This document shows, in pieces, positions 35,792 to 45,797 of a stretch of 64,000 bases of DNA. The stretch's first letter is position 1; every line of letters begins with the position of its first letter. Position numbers and translations under genes: made by a program. The stretch lies in the IMG/VR virus record IMGVR_UViG_3300023179_000089, positions 8,563 through 72,562 of that record. One strand, given 5' to 3'. The notes beneath the pieces were generated by a model, which was not told the origin of the DNA, did not search any database, and was given only the letters and a program-made list of their open reading frames with translations. Source of the stretch: a virus.

Positions 35792-36057
35792 TGGCAAGAC
35801 CAAAAAAAGAACAAACTCCGATCGAACAAATGAAAAAACCAAAATGGAAAATTGGAGAGATCGTCGACATTACCTTTTTAGGAGCATCTAAAAAAGTTAG
35901 ATTAACTGAATTACGTACTCATCCGCAACATTCCGAGCGTTGGATTTATACAGGAGTATCTATTAATGACAGTATCATTATCCCGTTTATTGGAATCGAT
36001 GGATCTGAACGATTTGCTAATATTTGGTCGAAAAAGAAACTTATTACGAAAGATTAA
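35791..36057 (+). CDS. hypothetical protein
   Basis: Coupled to ligase stop. Confidence 0.65.
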   Translation: MARPKKEQTPIEQMKKPKWKIGEIVDITFLGASKKVRLTELRTHPQHSERWIYTGVSINDSIIIPFIGIDGSERFANIWSKKKLITKD

Positions 36058-36088
36058 TTTAATTATATAAACTTTAAATCAAATAATC

Positions 36089-36400
36089 ATGAAACAAGTT
36101 TGGATTAAAATTCAAAGCTACGTTAAACCTACATTAAATGTAGCTTTATTTGCCGGAGCGGTAACCGGAGCTTTTTTCGGAGGATATTATTATACTTCCA
36201 TGAAAAAAGTCGTTAACAGTTCTGAAATTGAATCTGTAAAAGTTATATCGTCAACAAGCTGCTCAATAGCAGTAACCGAACGAGGAGAATTGTTAGTTTT
36301 AAACCGAATTGATGGCACGTATAAATTATATGACGAAACTATCGGATTATCAGTTTTCAAAGCTTACGGTAACAGAATAACTTCTAATCAACCTAAATAA
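36089..36400 (+). CDS. membrane-anchored hypothetical protein
   Basis: One TM; precedes SLT gene. Confidence 0.7.
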   Translation: MKQVWIKIQSYVKPTLNVALFAGAVTGAFFGGYYYTSMKKVVNSSEIESVKVISSTSCSIAVTERGELLVLNRIDGTYKLYDETIGLSVFKAYGNRITSNQPK

Positions 36401-36401
36401 C

Positions 36402-36935
36402 ATGAAACGTAAATTAGTTACAATAGCAGTGCTAGCAGCTTGTATGATTGCAAGTTTATCAATGACTTCAGGTACTTCAAAAAAAGATCCGTATGTATAC
36501 GGTAAAGATAGCATAGGTATCGTTAATTCTTCTCCGTCAATACAAATGTATTTCTATATTAAAAAATACGCAAAATTGTATGACATTCCAGAAGCATATG
36601 CATTTTCATTAGCATATCAAGAAACCAATTATCGCGGGCCATTACATTTTTCATATAATCCAGAGCAAGTATCAACTGCCGGTGCACTCGGCCCAATGCA
36701 AATTATGCCAAACACATTTAAAATGGTTAATAAAAAATCTATTTCTAATCGTAGATTGAAATCAGATATTCAGTTAAATGTAATGACTTCAATGAAACTT
36801 CTTCGTATGTTACATAATCAATACCAAGATTGGGGACTAGCTTTTGGCGCGTATAATACTGGTAAGCCTTGCATCAATGAATATTCACAGAACATTCTAA
36901 ACAAAGAATTTTTTTGGATTTCTGGTAAAATTTAA
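36402..36935 (+). CDS. secreted lytic transglycosylase (SLT domain)
   Basis: Signal peptide; AYQET catalytic Glu, GALGPMQIMP, AYNTG. Confidence 0.85.
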   Translation: MKRKLVTIAVLAACMIASLSMTSGTSKKDPYVYGKDSIGIVNSSPSIQMYFYIKKYAKLYDIPEAYAFSLAYQETNYRGPLHFSYNPEQVSTAGALGPMQIMPNTFKMVNKKSISNRRLKSDIQLNVMTSMKLLRMLHNQYQDWGLAFGAYNTGKPCINEYSQNILNKEFFWISGKI

Positions 36936-36987
36936 AATTAACTTGTTTTTTTGAAATTTAATTCTTATATTTAAAAAATAATCAATC

Positions 36988-37194
36988 ATGAATACAATAT
37001 CTTTAAACATTAAAAAAAATATTTTGACAATAGCTGAAAAAGTTTATGTTAATCGTTTCGCTTTGCAATACATTTCGTCATTAATTTTTGCAATAACTTG
37101 CCTTTTTTTAAATCAATTGAATTTTTCATTTTTATTTCTTCTAATGGCATCTTTAATGGATGGAATGAATTCTATATATAGAAAAAACAATTAA
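36988..37194 (+). CDS. small membrane protein
   Basis: 2 TM; promoter at about 36943. Confidence 0.55.
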   Translation: MNTISLNIKKNILTIAEKVYVNRFALQYISSLIFAITCLFLNQLNFSFLFLLMASLMDGMNSIYRKNN

Positions 37195-37206
37195 GATAAT
37201 TACTAT

Positions 37207-37281
37207 CGCGGGATGGACTGGAGATGGTACCAGCTCGGTCTCATAAGCCGAACGACGTAGGTTCGAATCCTACTCCCGCTA
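37207..37281 (+). tRNA. tRNA-Met(CAT), initiator-like
   Basis: C1 mismatch, GCGGGA/TCCCGC, TCGGT-CTCATAA-GCCGA, GTAGG-TTCGAAT-CCTAC; CCA not encoded. Confidence 0.9.
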
Positions 37282-37309
37282 CTAAATGCGATCGTTTTTC
37301 TTAAATCAA

Positions 37310-37338
37310 GCCGGTTCTTAAAGACCGGCCTTTCTTTT
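37310..37338 (+). terminator. intrinsic terminator
   Basis: GCCGGT..ACCGGC plus T-rich tail. Confidence 0.65.
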
Positions 37339-37359
37339 GTAACTTGTTATTATTTTTAA

Positions 37360-37803
37360 ATGAAAAAACATATAAAACTATGGTTGCGATATCGATTCGC
37401 ACGAACTCGAGTTGTATTTCGAAGATTTAGTCGATACTTTGAAACTGTATTAGACTCAAAACTTGAAGAGAGCGAAACAAAAGATTTAGCTATTGCAATA
37501 GTGCGAAGAGCGATTGCTAATCCAACATCGACTATGCTAATTGCGCCCATATCCGGGACTCGATACATTCATTTTGATGAAATTTTCATAAAACTAAATG
37601 AAAATTTAATTACCATTGTTAACGGTACATATACATATCAAATTTCTATTTCAGATAAAGAAACTGAAGTTCTGCTTGACAAATTTAATTTTCGATTAGA
37701 ATTTATTAGGAAACAATGGGAAAATTCTATAATGACAAAAACTAAAAAAAGCTTAGGAAATATTCTTGAAGAATTGAATAGCAAATTCATAAAATCAATT
37801 TAA
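37360..37803 (+). CDS. hypothetical protein
   Basis: 147-aa ORF, LIAPISGTRYI. Confidence 0.7.
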   Translation: MKKHIKLWLRYRFARTRVVFRRFSRYFETVLDSKLEESETKDLAIAIVRRAIANPTSTMLIAPISGTRYIHFDEIFIKLNENLITIVNGTYTYQISISDKETEVLLDKFNFRLEFIRKQWENSIMTKTKKSLGNILEELNSKFIKSI

Positions 37804-37821
37804 TTTTAGATAATTTTTCTA

Positions 37822-37927
37822 ATTGATATACAAATAGTTACGTAACCTGTTGGTAGTCAATAGATAAAACTAACCAAATAATTTGGTTAGTATTAACTAA
37901 TCTCTTATTTTTATGTATAGTAATTAA
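37822..37927 (+). promoter_or_regulatory. composite early promoter copy 13
   Basis: GTTACGTAAC, CTAACCAAATAATTTGGTTAG, CTTATTTTTATGTATAGTAATTAA. Confidence 0.8.
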
Positions 37928-37938
37928 ATAATTAAAAA

Positions 37939-38181
37939 ATGAGATTAGAAACCGAAGCCCCAGTTAGTGATTTAGAAAAATCAATTGAAGCCATTTTAAT
38001 GTTAAATGGCTATGAGCAATCAGAAATTCAATTTAGACAAGAAGAGCGTTATTTACGTATAGGATATTGGAAAGCCTTATCTGAAAAAGCATTGGCTCAA
38101 CTTGAATCATTTATTGATTATAAAGTAGATTGGGATGACGATGATTGTGGATACCTTTGTTTTTATAGATTGAAAAAATAA
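37939..38181 (+). CDS. hypothetical protein
   Basis: LRIGYW..DDDDCG. Confidence 0.7.
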   Translation: MRLETEAPVSDLEKSIEAILMLNGYEQSEIQFRQEERYLRIGYWKALSEKALAQLESFIDYKVDWDDDDCGYLCFYRLKK

Positions 38182-38238
38182 TTTAAAAAGATTTGGTACT
38201 TAACTAATTAATTCTTAACTTAAAGCTCAATAAATCAA

Positions 38239-38478
38239 ATGACAAAAAAACCAATACCAGCAACGACTAACGCAGTTAAATTTGACAGATTTGCAATTGT
38301 ACTTGAAAAAGAACAACTTTCGTATTATAATAAAGGAGAGTTGACTCGAGTTGCAGATGTAGGAGTTGATTTTTCAAATAAAGACCTTTTCGATTTAGCA
38401 ACGAGAATTTCTGAAAAAAATTCATATGGTCCTGTAGAATATACTTCAAAAGATTTAGTAATTAAAACCCGTAAATAA
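38239..38478 (+). CDS. hypothetical protein
   Basis: ORF in operon. Confidence 0.65.
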   Translation: MTKKPIPATTNAVKFDRFAIVLEKEQLSYYNKGELTRVADVGVDFSNKDLFDLATRISEKNSYGPVEYTSKDLVIKTRK

Positions 38479-38480
38479 TC

Positions 38481-38690
38481 ATGAGACAGAAAAAATCAAA
38501 ATTTCGAATCGTTCCAGCAACGCATCCTAAATTTGGATCATGTTGGTCTTTAAAAGAAGGTGAATTTGTAATCGGTACTTTTGTTAATAAACAAGCTGCC
38601 GAGTCTCGTAAATTGCAATTAGAAAAATCTAATTTAGAAAATTTCCTTTTAGTAAAAACCGCAAACCAAGAACTTAAAATCGAAGAATAA
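38481..38690 (+). CDS. hypothetical protein
   Basis: ORF in operon. Confidence 0.65.
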   Translation: MRQKKSKFRIVPATHPKFGSCWSLKEGEFVIGTFVNKQAAESRKLQLEKSNLENFLLVKTANQELKIEE

Positions 38691-38944
38691 TGCCAACCTT
38701 TTATCAAGAAACCGAAATAGATATTTCCATAGAAGAATTTGTCGATCAATTATCAGATTGGGAATTAGAAGAATTGAAAGATCGAATTAATGATGCGCTC
38801 GATGTAAATGTAACAAAAAACATCGGAGACAGAATTGCAAATGACGAAACTAACATTGCTTTAGACAAGCTAGCTCGTAATTTAAGTCTCTTGACTGTTG
38901 AAGAAGAAGACTATATTAAGAAACTTGCAGAAAGATTCTTATAA
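38690..38944 (+). CDS. acidic hypothetical protein
   Basis: Coupled start; EIDISIEEF..LTVEEE. Confidence 0.7.
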   Translation: MPTFYQETEIDISIEEFVDQLSDWELEELKDRINDALDVNVTKNIGDRIANDETNIALDKLARNLSLLTVEEEDYIKKLAERFL

Positions 38945-39030
38945 GGAACTAGACTTTATTTTTTACCGATTATATAGCGTATTTCATCGTATACATTCGT
39001 TCTTAATCACTCAGTATATTGATAATCAAA

Positions 39031-39387
39031 ATGACAAAACTTTTAGATACCGATAAAAAACTCATAGAAAAATATAAGAAAAAAGTACATAAACAGTTTC
39101 CCGGGGCGTATTTATTAGCTACTGCAAATGGATATACAATTGTACAAGAGCAGGAAAATTTGCAATTAAAAGATATTTTATCTGAATTTTTCATTGCTCC
39201 GACTACAACGCCTGTCAAAGCTTGGGAGTATGCACAAAGTAATGCTAGAATTTTTCAAAATTTAAATCGCACTCATCCGCTTCGAATCGAAGGAATGGAA
39301 ATGGAAGATAAATTAGCACGTATTGAAGCTAGAAAAAATCGTCGCGATGAAAGACCGATTAAATCATCGAAATTTGATATTTATTAA
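39031..39387 (+). CDS. hypothetical protein
   Basis: QNLNRTHP; start moved to ATG 39031. Confidence 0.7.
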   Translation: MTKLLDTDKKLIEKYKKKVHKQFPGAYLLATANGYTIVQEQENLQLKDILSEFFIAPTTTPVKAWEYAQSNARIFQNLNRTHPLRIEGMEMEDKLARIEARKNRRDERPIKSSKFDIY

Positions 39388-39402
39388 TAAATTAGTTTAG
39401 TT

Positions 39403-40131
39403 ATGTGGAATTCAATAAAAACACTTTTTGATAAAAACAGCGAGCGAGTCGCAATGCAAGATCCGGAAATTATAGAAGAAGTTTCTGAAGAAATTGTTAA
39501 TGAATCAGCTTCTATAGAAGTCGACAACTTACCAGAAACTGAGTTAAATGAACCTGTGTTCGATGCTGATTATTTATTAACGAATCCTTTAGTTGTTGGA
39601 TGGCTATCTACTGTCGAGCAAGAATTATTATTTTCGGCATTATGTTATTTTTCGCAACAAAATAATTCATTTCTTGATGTAGGCTGTGGTCGTGCAGATT
39701 TATATGGTTATTTACAGACAGTATTTCAAACCGATCAAATTCAATATAAAGGCATTGACCTTAATCCTAATTTAGTAGAAATTGCAAAACGTAAATTTGT
39801 TAACGCAAATGTCGAATCTGCAGATATTCTAAAGTTTAAAACGGAAAATTATGATTGGGTAGTAGGGTCAGGTCTTTTCAATTTAAACGATCATCCTGAT
39901 ATGGTTGAATATGCAAAAAAAGTAATAGATCAAATGTTTTCTGTATGTAATATCGGAGTCGCTGTTAATTTTTTAACAGGAGTGCCTGAAGATTTAGCAG
40001 ATGAAGATTTAAAGGCTTTAATCGTTCATGATCCCGGCATATGGCTAAACTATTTAGTAGAAAAATACAATAAAGTTATTACACGTGCTGACTATTTAAC
40101 TGGAGACATTACATTTTACATTTTAAAATAA
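39403..40131 (+). CDS. class I SAM-dependent methyltransferase
   Basis: FLDVGCGRAD, YKGID, YDWVVGSGLFN. Confidence 0.85.
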   Translation: MWNSIKTLFDKNSERVAMQDPEIIEEVSEEIVNESASIEVDNLPETELNEPVFDADYLLTNPLVVGWLSTVEQELLFSALCYFSQQNNSFLDVGCGRADLYGYLQTVFQTDQIQYKGIDLNPNLVEIAKRKFVNANVESADILKFKTENYDWVVGSGLFNLNDHPDMVEYAKKVIDQMFSVCNIGVAVNFLTGVPEDLADEDLKALIVHDPGIWLNYLVEKYNKVITRADYLTGDITFYILK

Positions 40132-40132
40132 C

Positions 40133-40372
40133 ATGACCGCAAGCTTAATACTATCTATTTCTGGATTTGTAATATTCATTTCTATTGCATTTTACAATTA
40201 TCATTTACGACAACTTATTCAAGTTCATGAATTAACAATTGAATCAAAATACCATATTATATCAGCATTACAAGATTATGTTTCCAAATTGGAAGAAAAA
40301 AATGCTGACTTGGTAGACGAAAATAATTCTTTAAAAACTAAAAAGTCTGCAACTCGAAAAAAATCAAATTAA
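40133..40372 (+). CDS. membrane-anchored coiled-coil protein
   Basis: N-terminal TM. Confidence 0.65.
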   Translation: MTASLILSISGFVIFISIAFYNYHLRQLIQVHELTIESKYHIISALQDYVSKLEEKNADLVDENNSLKTKKSATRKKSN

Positions 40373-40783
40373 ATGTCTAAGCCGCTTTCATTAGAAGAAT
40401 TTTTTCGAAATTTTGAAACTCACGTTTCACAAATCGCATCGAATTCTGGAAGTATGCATACAGACATAATTTGGGATTTACCTGCAAATTCTATAGCCTC
40501 TTCTTCTAAATTAGAAAGCGCAAAGTTACTTCTCGAAGCATGTATTGACAGACAGAAACAATATTCAGATTTAACTAAACAAGAATCAGTAATTAAAAAA
40601 TTAAATACATTAAGAAATCTTATATCTGCAAATTACAACGCCGAGTCGACAAACATAGTTACAGAACAAGTCGAGGTTGATTTATATTTACTTGACAATT
40701 GTATACGAGCCGTTAAAAATAAAATAACGCTTTCTCATTATGGATTAATCATTTTAAATAAACTTCATGAAAAATATACATAA
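40373..40783 (+). CDS. hypothetical protein
   Basis: ORF in operon. Confidence 0.65.
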   Translation: MSKPLSLEEFFRNFETHVSQIASNSGSMHTDIIWDLPANSIASSSKLESAKLLLEACIDRQKQYSDLTKQESVIKKLNTLRNLISANYNAESTNIVTEQVEVDLYLLDNCIRAVKNKITLSHYGLIILNKLHEKYT

Positions 40784-40985
40784 TTCTTCAAAAACTATTC
40801 AATTCTCAAAGTCTCAATGGATTGAGTTAGAAAAGTTAGCTGCGATTGAAGATATTGATCAGCGTCGTATAGCATTTCGTAATTATTTTCATAATCAAGA
40901 AATGTTTGATTATATAAAAGACAAAGTCGACCCTTCTTGGCTTGCTCATGATATGTCCGTAAATTCTGAGTCATATGGATTATAA
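40767..40985 (+). CDS. hypothetical protein
   Basis: ORF in operon. Confidence 0.6.
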   Translation: MKNIHNSSKTIQFSKSQWIELEKLAAIEDIDQRRIAFRNYFHNQEMFDYIKDKVDPSWLAHDMSVNSESYGL

Positions 40986-41412
40986 TGATATTGAATTTGA
41001 CGAGTCGGATTATGAATTTTTCGTTTCGTTACCGACAGACGAAAAAATATTATTTTTGTTTGACTTGTTATGCACTAATCTTTTTGAAGATTATTCAAAT
41101 GACAAAATTTCAGAAATAATTCCAGCTTCATATGAAGATTTGACAGGCCCTTTGAAATCGACAGTAGTCGAAGCTATTGACTTTGCTTTTTCAAAAGAAG
41201 CTGACGTAAATATTGTTTTTGTAAATGATTTTATTGTAATTAATAGCGATAACGAAAAAATTTTAAAAACATCTGTACGAGAAATATTCATGCGCGGATA
41301 TGTACTTTCAGAAATGAAAGTGTCGTCCCGCGAAATGAAATTATTTCAACGAAGTACTTTTTGTAAAATCTATTCTATAATCGGTCACAACGACCCTATA
41401 CTTAAAAATTAA
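40975..41412 (+). CDS. hypothetical protein
   Basis: ORF in operon. Confidence 0.65.
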   Translation: MDYNDIEFDESDYEFFVSLPTDEKILFLFDLLCTNLFEDYSNDKISEIIPASYEDLTGPLKSTVVEAIDFAFSKEADVNIVFVNDFIVINSDNEKILKTSVREIFMRGYVLSEMKVSSREMKLFQRSTFCKIYSIIGHNDPILKN

Positions 41413-41413
41413 C

Positions 41414-41617
41414 ATGTTTTCAATTAATAGAACGTTTGTTAACTTTCAAAATAATTTATATGAAGTAGTAAGAGTATTCAGCGAGTCGCAAGTAAAAAAT
41501 ATAGAATTAATAAAGGAATATTTGGATACATCATTGGCATTGCGTAAAAATGGCAAAATATACTTTTGTCGATTAATTGAAGAAGCTGCCATTCTTGAAG
41601 AAAAATTTGGTAATTAG
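41414..41617 (+). CDS. hypothetical protein
   Basis: ORF in operon. Confidence 0.65.
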   Translation: MFSINRTFVNFQNNLYEVVRVFSESQVKNIELIKEYLDTSLALRKNGKIYFCRLIEEAAILEEKFGN

Positions 41618-41667
41618 AAAATTTTAACTTATATTTAATAAATAAAAATTAATAAATAAAAATTGTT

Positions 41668-42603
41668 ATGAGTAACATTGGTTATGCATGTATCAACATG
41701 ACTTTAGGTAAGAAACATATTCTAACCGGCCGCGCGATGCGTAAAGCAACGCTTGAAGCTAAAGGATTGCAACATGCTTCTGAATTGGCATTGTTAAATG
41801 CACGAGACTTAGAAACAATTCTCAAATGGAATTTAGAAAATGACATTTATTTTTTCCGATTAGGAAGTGACTTATTTCCATGGGGTAATAAAGTTGATGT
41901 ACGAAAATTTCCTGACTTTGACGAAATTTGCGCAACTCTTAAACGTTGCGGTGATTTTGCTAGTAAACATGGAATTCGCATTACAACCCACCCTGGTCCT
42001 TTTAACTTACTTGCTTCGTCAAATGAAGAGGTAGTGCAAAATACTATTAAGGATTTGGAAATGCATGCACTGTTATTTGATTTAATGGGATTATCGCGAA
42101 CCCCATACAATAAAATTAACATTCATATCGGAGCTACATATGGTAATAAATTCAGCGCGGCTGAAACTTGGTGCGAAAACTTTCTCAGGCTATCGGAGGG
42201 TGTTAGATCCCGTTTAACTGTTGAAAATGACGATAAAGCTACTATGTTTTCAGTGTTGGATTTATATGAATTAGTGTATCGAAAAGTCGGTGTACCAATA
42301 GTATTTGACTTTCATCATCACACATTTAACACAGGTGATTTAACAGCCGAGCAAGCGCTTCGATTAGCAGCTACGACTTGGAATGACATAAAACCTGTAG
42401 TGCATTATTCTGAGTCGAAGTCGATTCATGAAAATGACAGTTCAATTAATCCGCGCGCACATTCAGATTTTGTGTCTGAATATATAGATACGTTCGGTGT
42501 AGATGTTGATGTTATGATCGAAGCTAAAAGTAAAGAACTGGCTTTGTTAGAATATCGTAAAAAATATTCAAAAATTTTAAAAGAAAATTTACAAATTCAA
42601 TAA
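41668..42603 (+). CDS. uvsE: UV-damage endonuclease
   Basis: IGYACIN, FFRLGSDLFP, THPGPF, INIHIG, LTVENDD, FDFHHH, HYSES, AHSD, MIEAK. Confidence 0.93.
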   Translation: MSNIGYACINMTLGKKHILTGRAMRKATLEAKGLQHASELALLNARDLETILKWNLENDIYFFRLGSDLFPWGNKVDVRKFPDFDEICATLKRCGDFASKHGIRITTHPGPFNLLASSNEEVVQNTIKDLEMHALLFDLMGLSRTPYNKINIHIGATYGNKFSAAETWCENFLRLSEGVRSRLTVENDDKATMFSVLDLYELVYRKVGVPIVFDFHHHTFNTGDLTAEQALRLAATTWNDIKPVVHYSESKSIHENDSSINPRAHSDFVSEYIDTFGVDVDVMIEAKSKELALLEYRKKYSKILKENLQIQ

Positions 42604-42662
42604 TTATTGTTAAAATATTAATATTTATTTATTATATTTTATTAATATTAATTTAATAAATT

Positions 42663-42842
42663 ATGCGTTATAAAGAACATACAATTAGAAAAATTGAAGC
42701 ACAGACTTTTAAATTACAGTCTCTTCAACGTGCTATCGAAATGAAATCAATGTCAGGAAACGAAGCAATCAATTTCATTGAATCCATTGTTAAAGATTTA
42801 AAAGTAATAGTCGATCGACTCGAGCTTGAACCTAATGAATAA
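42663..42842 (+). CDS. hypothetical protein, 59 aa
   Basis: Hand translation MRYKEHTIRKIEAQ...LELEPNE; overlaps next start. Confidence 0.55.
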   Translation: MRYKEHTIRKIEAQTFKLQSLQRAIEMKSMSGNEAINFIESIVKDLKVIVDRLELEPNE

Positions 42843-43848
42843 ACTTCTATTAAAAATTCTTGTCGGCGTTATCGCTCTATCATTAGCAATTTGCGCGGCA
42901 TTTTTTTCAATAGTAGGTCTATCAAAACTTTTCGCCGGAGCCTCAGTTGCTGTCATAATTATGGCTTCAACACTCGAAGCTTCGAAATTAGTAATAGCAT
43001 CGTTTTTACATAAACATTGGAATACAGCAGCTGCTGCGCTTAAATTTTATTTAATAACATCAATGCTTATTATTATGAGCATTACATCGATCGGTATTTA
43101 TGGATTTTTGTCAGCAGCGTATCAGCAAACTAAGTCAAAATACGATTTAACAAAAACGTCAGTTGATAGTTTAACAGCTAAACAATTATATTATGAGTCG
43201 ACAATTAAAATGAATATGACTCAGCTAGATGCGAAAAATAAGCAATTAGCAAATTATTTAAACTTGCAAAATTTGCAAGAGCAACGTGCAAGTCAATTAG
43301 TATCACAAAACAAGGCGTCTAGAACAGCAGATAGAAGTTCTGCTAAATCTGAACTTTCAATTAATCGATTAAATGAAGAAATTGAAGTTTTAAACCAAAA
43401 ATTAGTTGCATATACCGATTCAGTGTCAAAAATAAAAGTGGCAATAACGCAATCGTCTATTCAAAATGATATAGGTTCAGAGTTAGGATCGTTAACGTAT
43501 ATTTCTAAATTATTAAACGTGCCCATGGATAAAATAGTTAATATACTTATTATCTTGTTTATTATAGTTTTCGATCCATTAGCAATTTGCATGGTTTTAG
43601 TTTTTAATTTTCTTTCACTCAGCGAATTTCCGAGTATTAAAATCGAGACTGAAATTCATGATGCTGCATCAACTATTCAGGATCAAATATTGACGATTGA
43701 CAATACTGAGCCAATTATTGATCGGCCACCGGTTGAAGAAAAAATTGAAGATAAAATTGAAGATATCACGGCAATAGAAAAAAGGTACCCGGAGCCTCCT
43801 AAAAAAAATAAAGCAGCTGCGCAATATACAGGCGGAATTAAAGTTTAA
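42835..43848 (+). CDS. multi-TM coiled-coil membrane protein
   Basis: 3 N-terminal TM, coiled coil, C-terminal TM with IVFDPLA. Confidence 0.75.
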   Translation: MNKLLLKILVGVIALSLAICAAFFSIVGLSKLFAGASVAVIIMASTLEASKLVIASFLHKHWNTAAAALKFYLITSMLIIMSITSIGIYGFLSAAYQQTKSKYDLTKTSVDSLTAKQLYYESTIKMNMTQLDAKNKQLANYLNLQNLQEQRASQLVSQNKASRTADRSSAKSELSINRLNEEIEVLNQKLVAYTDSVSKIKVAITQSSIQNDIGSELGSLTYISKLLNVPMDKIVNILIILFIIVFDPLAICMVLVFNFLSLSEFPSIKIETEIHDAASTIQDQILTIDNTEPIIDRPPVEEKIEDKIEDITAIEKRYPEPPKKNKAAAQYTGGIKV

Positions 43849-43866
43849 TTTTAAAAGTTATAAATT

Positions 43867-44406
43867 ATGAGTGTAAATTCAAATTCTCAAACAGGAAGAA
43901 ACTATCCTAAAACAGAATATAAAGTAAAATTTGATGAACGAAATCGAAGAATGATGATTTGCAGTAATTCCATTCCAGATGGAAAGTATTGGAAAGGAAA
44001 AGAATGCAAAAATTATTCTTTAGTAGGCGATAAAGCAATTGCCGTGTTATGCTGGAAATGCGCACAAAGTTATTGCGAACCTCCGGTAATACGATCTGCG
44101 CAAAATAATTCAGGAAAACCTAAAGGATGGAAATTCATGAAAGAGTATGTAGATTCTGAAGGAAATGTATTTTTTAAAGGCGTCGAGCAGCCTTCATTGA
44201 AAGGAACGATAAAACCTTCAGTAATCGAACCAAAGCAAGAAAAACAAAAGTTAACAAAGCAAGAAAAAGAAACGCTAACTCATGAACTAGCTAAACGTAT
44301 TCAGACATTGAAGGTTGAGTTATTTCATGAAAAACGTAAAGGCAAAAAAGCTGAAATGTTACGTGAATTGAAAAAAGCTAATAAAGAATTGTCAAAACTA
44401 ATTTAG
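43867..44406 (+). CDS. hypothetical protein, possible Zn ribbon
   Basis: LCWKC; KPKGWKFMKEYVD..GVEQP. Confidence 0.7.
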   Translation: MSVNSNSQTGRNYPKTEYKVKFDERNRRMMICSNSIPDGKYWKGKECKNYSLVGDKAIAVLCWKCAQSYCEPPVIRSAQNNSGKPKGWKFMKEYVDSEGNVFFKGVEQPSLKGTIKPSVIEPKQEKQKLTKQEKETLTHELAKRIQTLKVELFHEKRKGKKAEMLRELKKANKELSKLI

Positions 44407-44444
44407 ATACAAAAGAAATTCATATATTTCTTAAAATAATTAAT

Positions 44445-45062
44445 ATGCGAAAAAATATATATGGCGACGAGCCTATTAAAAAGAAACAAGTAGCATCGAC
44501 AGAATCGTCCGACGTCGATTATACATTTAATGAAGTTGAATATGGATTAAACATTGACGATTCAATTGTATATTTACATGGAGATATTGTAATTGGATGT
44601 TTATTTGATTTCATTTCAAAAGTAAGAATTATATTAAATAACAGACCCGAAGATAAAAAATCAGATCCTGTTACATTAATGATAAATTCCAATGGCGGCG
44701 ATGTATATGAAGCTTTAGGAATTATTGATTACATATCAACATTATCTGTTCCAGTTAATGTTATTGTACGAGGTCGTGCAATGTCAGCAGCTGCAATGAT
44801 TCTTTGTTGTGGTACAGGAGTTCGAGCAGCATCAAAATCATCCACTATTATGTTGCATGAAGTGTCAGCTGAAATTTTCGGAAAATCGGCTGATATAAAA
44901 GCAAATGCAGAGCATATCGATTATATCGAAGATGAGTTTTTTAAATTAATGTCAGTTAAGACTAACCAAAATGACGAATTTTGGAGAAAATCTTGCAGAA
45001 AAGATTTTTATATGAACGCTGAAAAAGCATTGGAATTTGGAATTATTGATAAAATTATATAA
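44445..45062 (+). CDS. clpP: ClpP-like serine protease
   Basis: INSNGGDV, GRAMSAA (Ser), IMLHE (His), KDFYM.AEKALEFGIIDKI (Asp). Confidence 0.9.
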   Translation: MRKNIYGDEPIKKKQVASTESSDVDYTFNEVEYGLNIDDSIVYLHGDIVIGCLFDFISKVRIILNNRPEDKKSDPVTLMINSNGGDVYEALGIIDYISTLSVPVNVIVRGRAMSAAAMILCCGTGVRAASKSSTIMLHEVSAEIFGKSADIKANAEHIDYIEDEFFKLMSVKTNQNDEFWRKSCRKDFYMNAEKALEFGIIDKII

Positions 45063-45065
45063 ATC

Positions 45066-45797
45066 ATGGGAAAACAAGACACGCATGCACAATGGGAGAC
45101 GTTAATGTCGTATATCGACAAGTATATTTCTTCTCCGAGAAAAGAAGCGATGATAAAAATGTATGAAGAATTAGCTGATCGCATTTTAACAGCTCCGGCT
45201 TCATCACACTCAACAAGACATAATTGCTTTCCAGGAGGATATATTGATCACGTTAACCGTGTAGTTAAAGTTTCTATTTCGCTATATGAAACTTGGAGTA
45301 AATTAGGAGCCGACGTAAATAAATTCACTCTTGAAGAAGTGGTATTCGCAGCAATCAATCATGATTTAGGTAAAATTGGATCGAAGACAGAAGACTATTA
45401 TGTGCCAAACGATTCAAAATGGCACGTAGAGCGTGGTCAAATTTATAAAATTAATCCTGCTTTAAATTTTATGAAAGTACCTGATCGAAGCGTGTTTACA
45501 TTGCAACAATTTGGAGTATCCTATTCTGAAAATGAATATCTAGCTATTAAGTTGCATGACGGCTTGTATAGTAAAGGAAATGAGTCGTACTTAATGGCAG
45601 GTCAGCCTGAATTTTCTTTGAAAACGGATTTACCTATTTTACTTCATCATTCTGATCATTTAGCTACGTTAATTGAGTCTAATCAAAAGCACGTGACAGA
45701 ACCGGCAATTACAAAACCAAAAACAAAAATGAATTCAGTAAATGATCCAGTAGCTGATGAAAGTCTTAAATCTGCATTTGATAAAATTTTCGGATAA
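45066..45797 (+). CDS. HD-domain phosphohydrolase (YhaM-like)
   Basis: APASS..HNCFPGGYIDH, HDLGKIG, LHDG, HHSD. Confidence 0.85.
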   Translation: MGKQDTHAQWETLMSYIDKYISSPRKEAMIKMYEELADRILTAPASSHSTRHNCFPGGYIDHVNRVVKVSISLYETWSKLGADVNKFTLEEVVFAAINHDLGKIGSKTEDYYVPNDSKWHVERGQIYKINPALNFMKVPDRSVFTLQQFGVSYSENEYLAIKLHDGLYSKGNESYLMAGQPEFSLKTDLPILLHHSDHLATLIESNQKHVTEPAITKPKTKMNSVNDPVADESLKSAFDKIFG

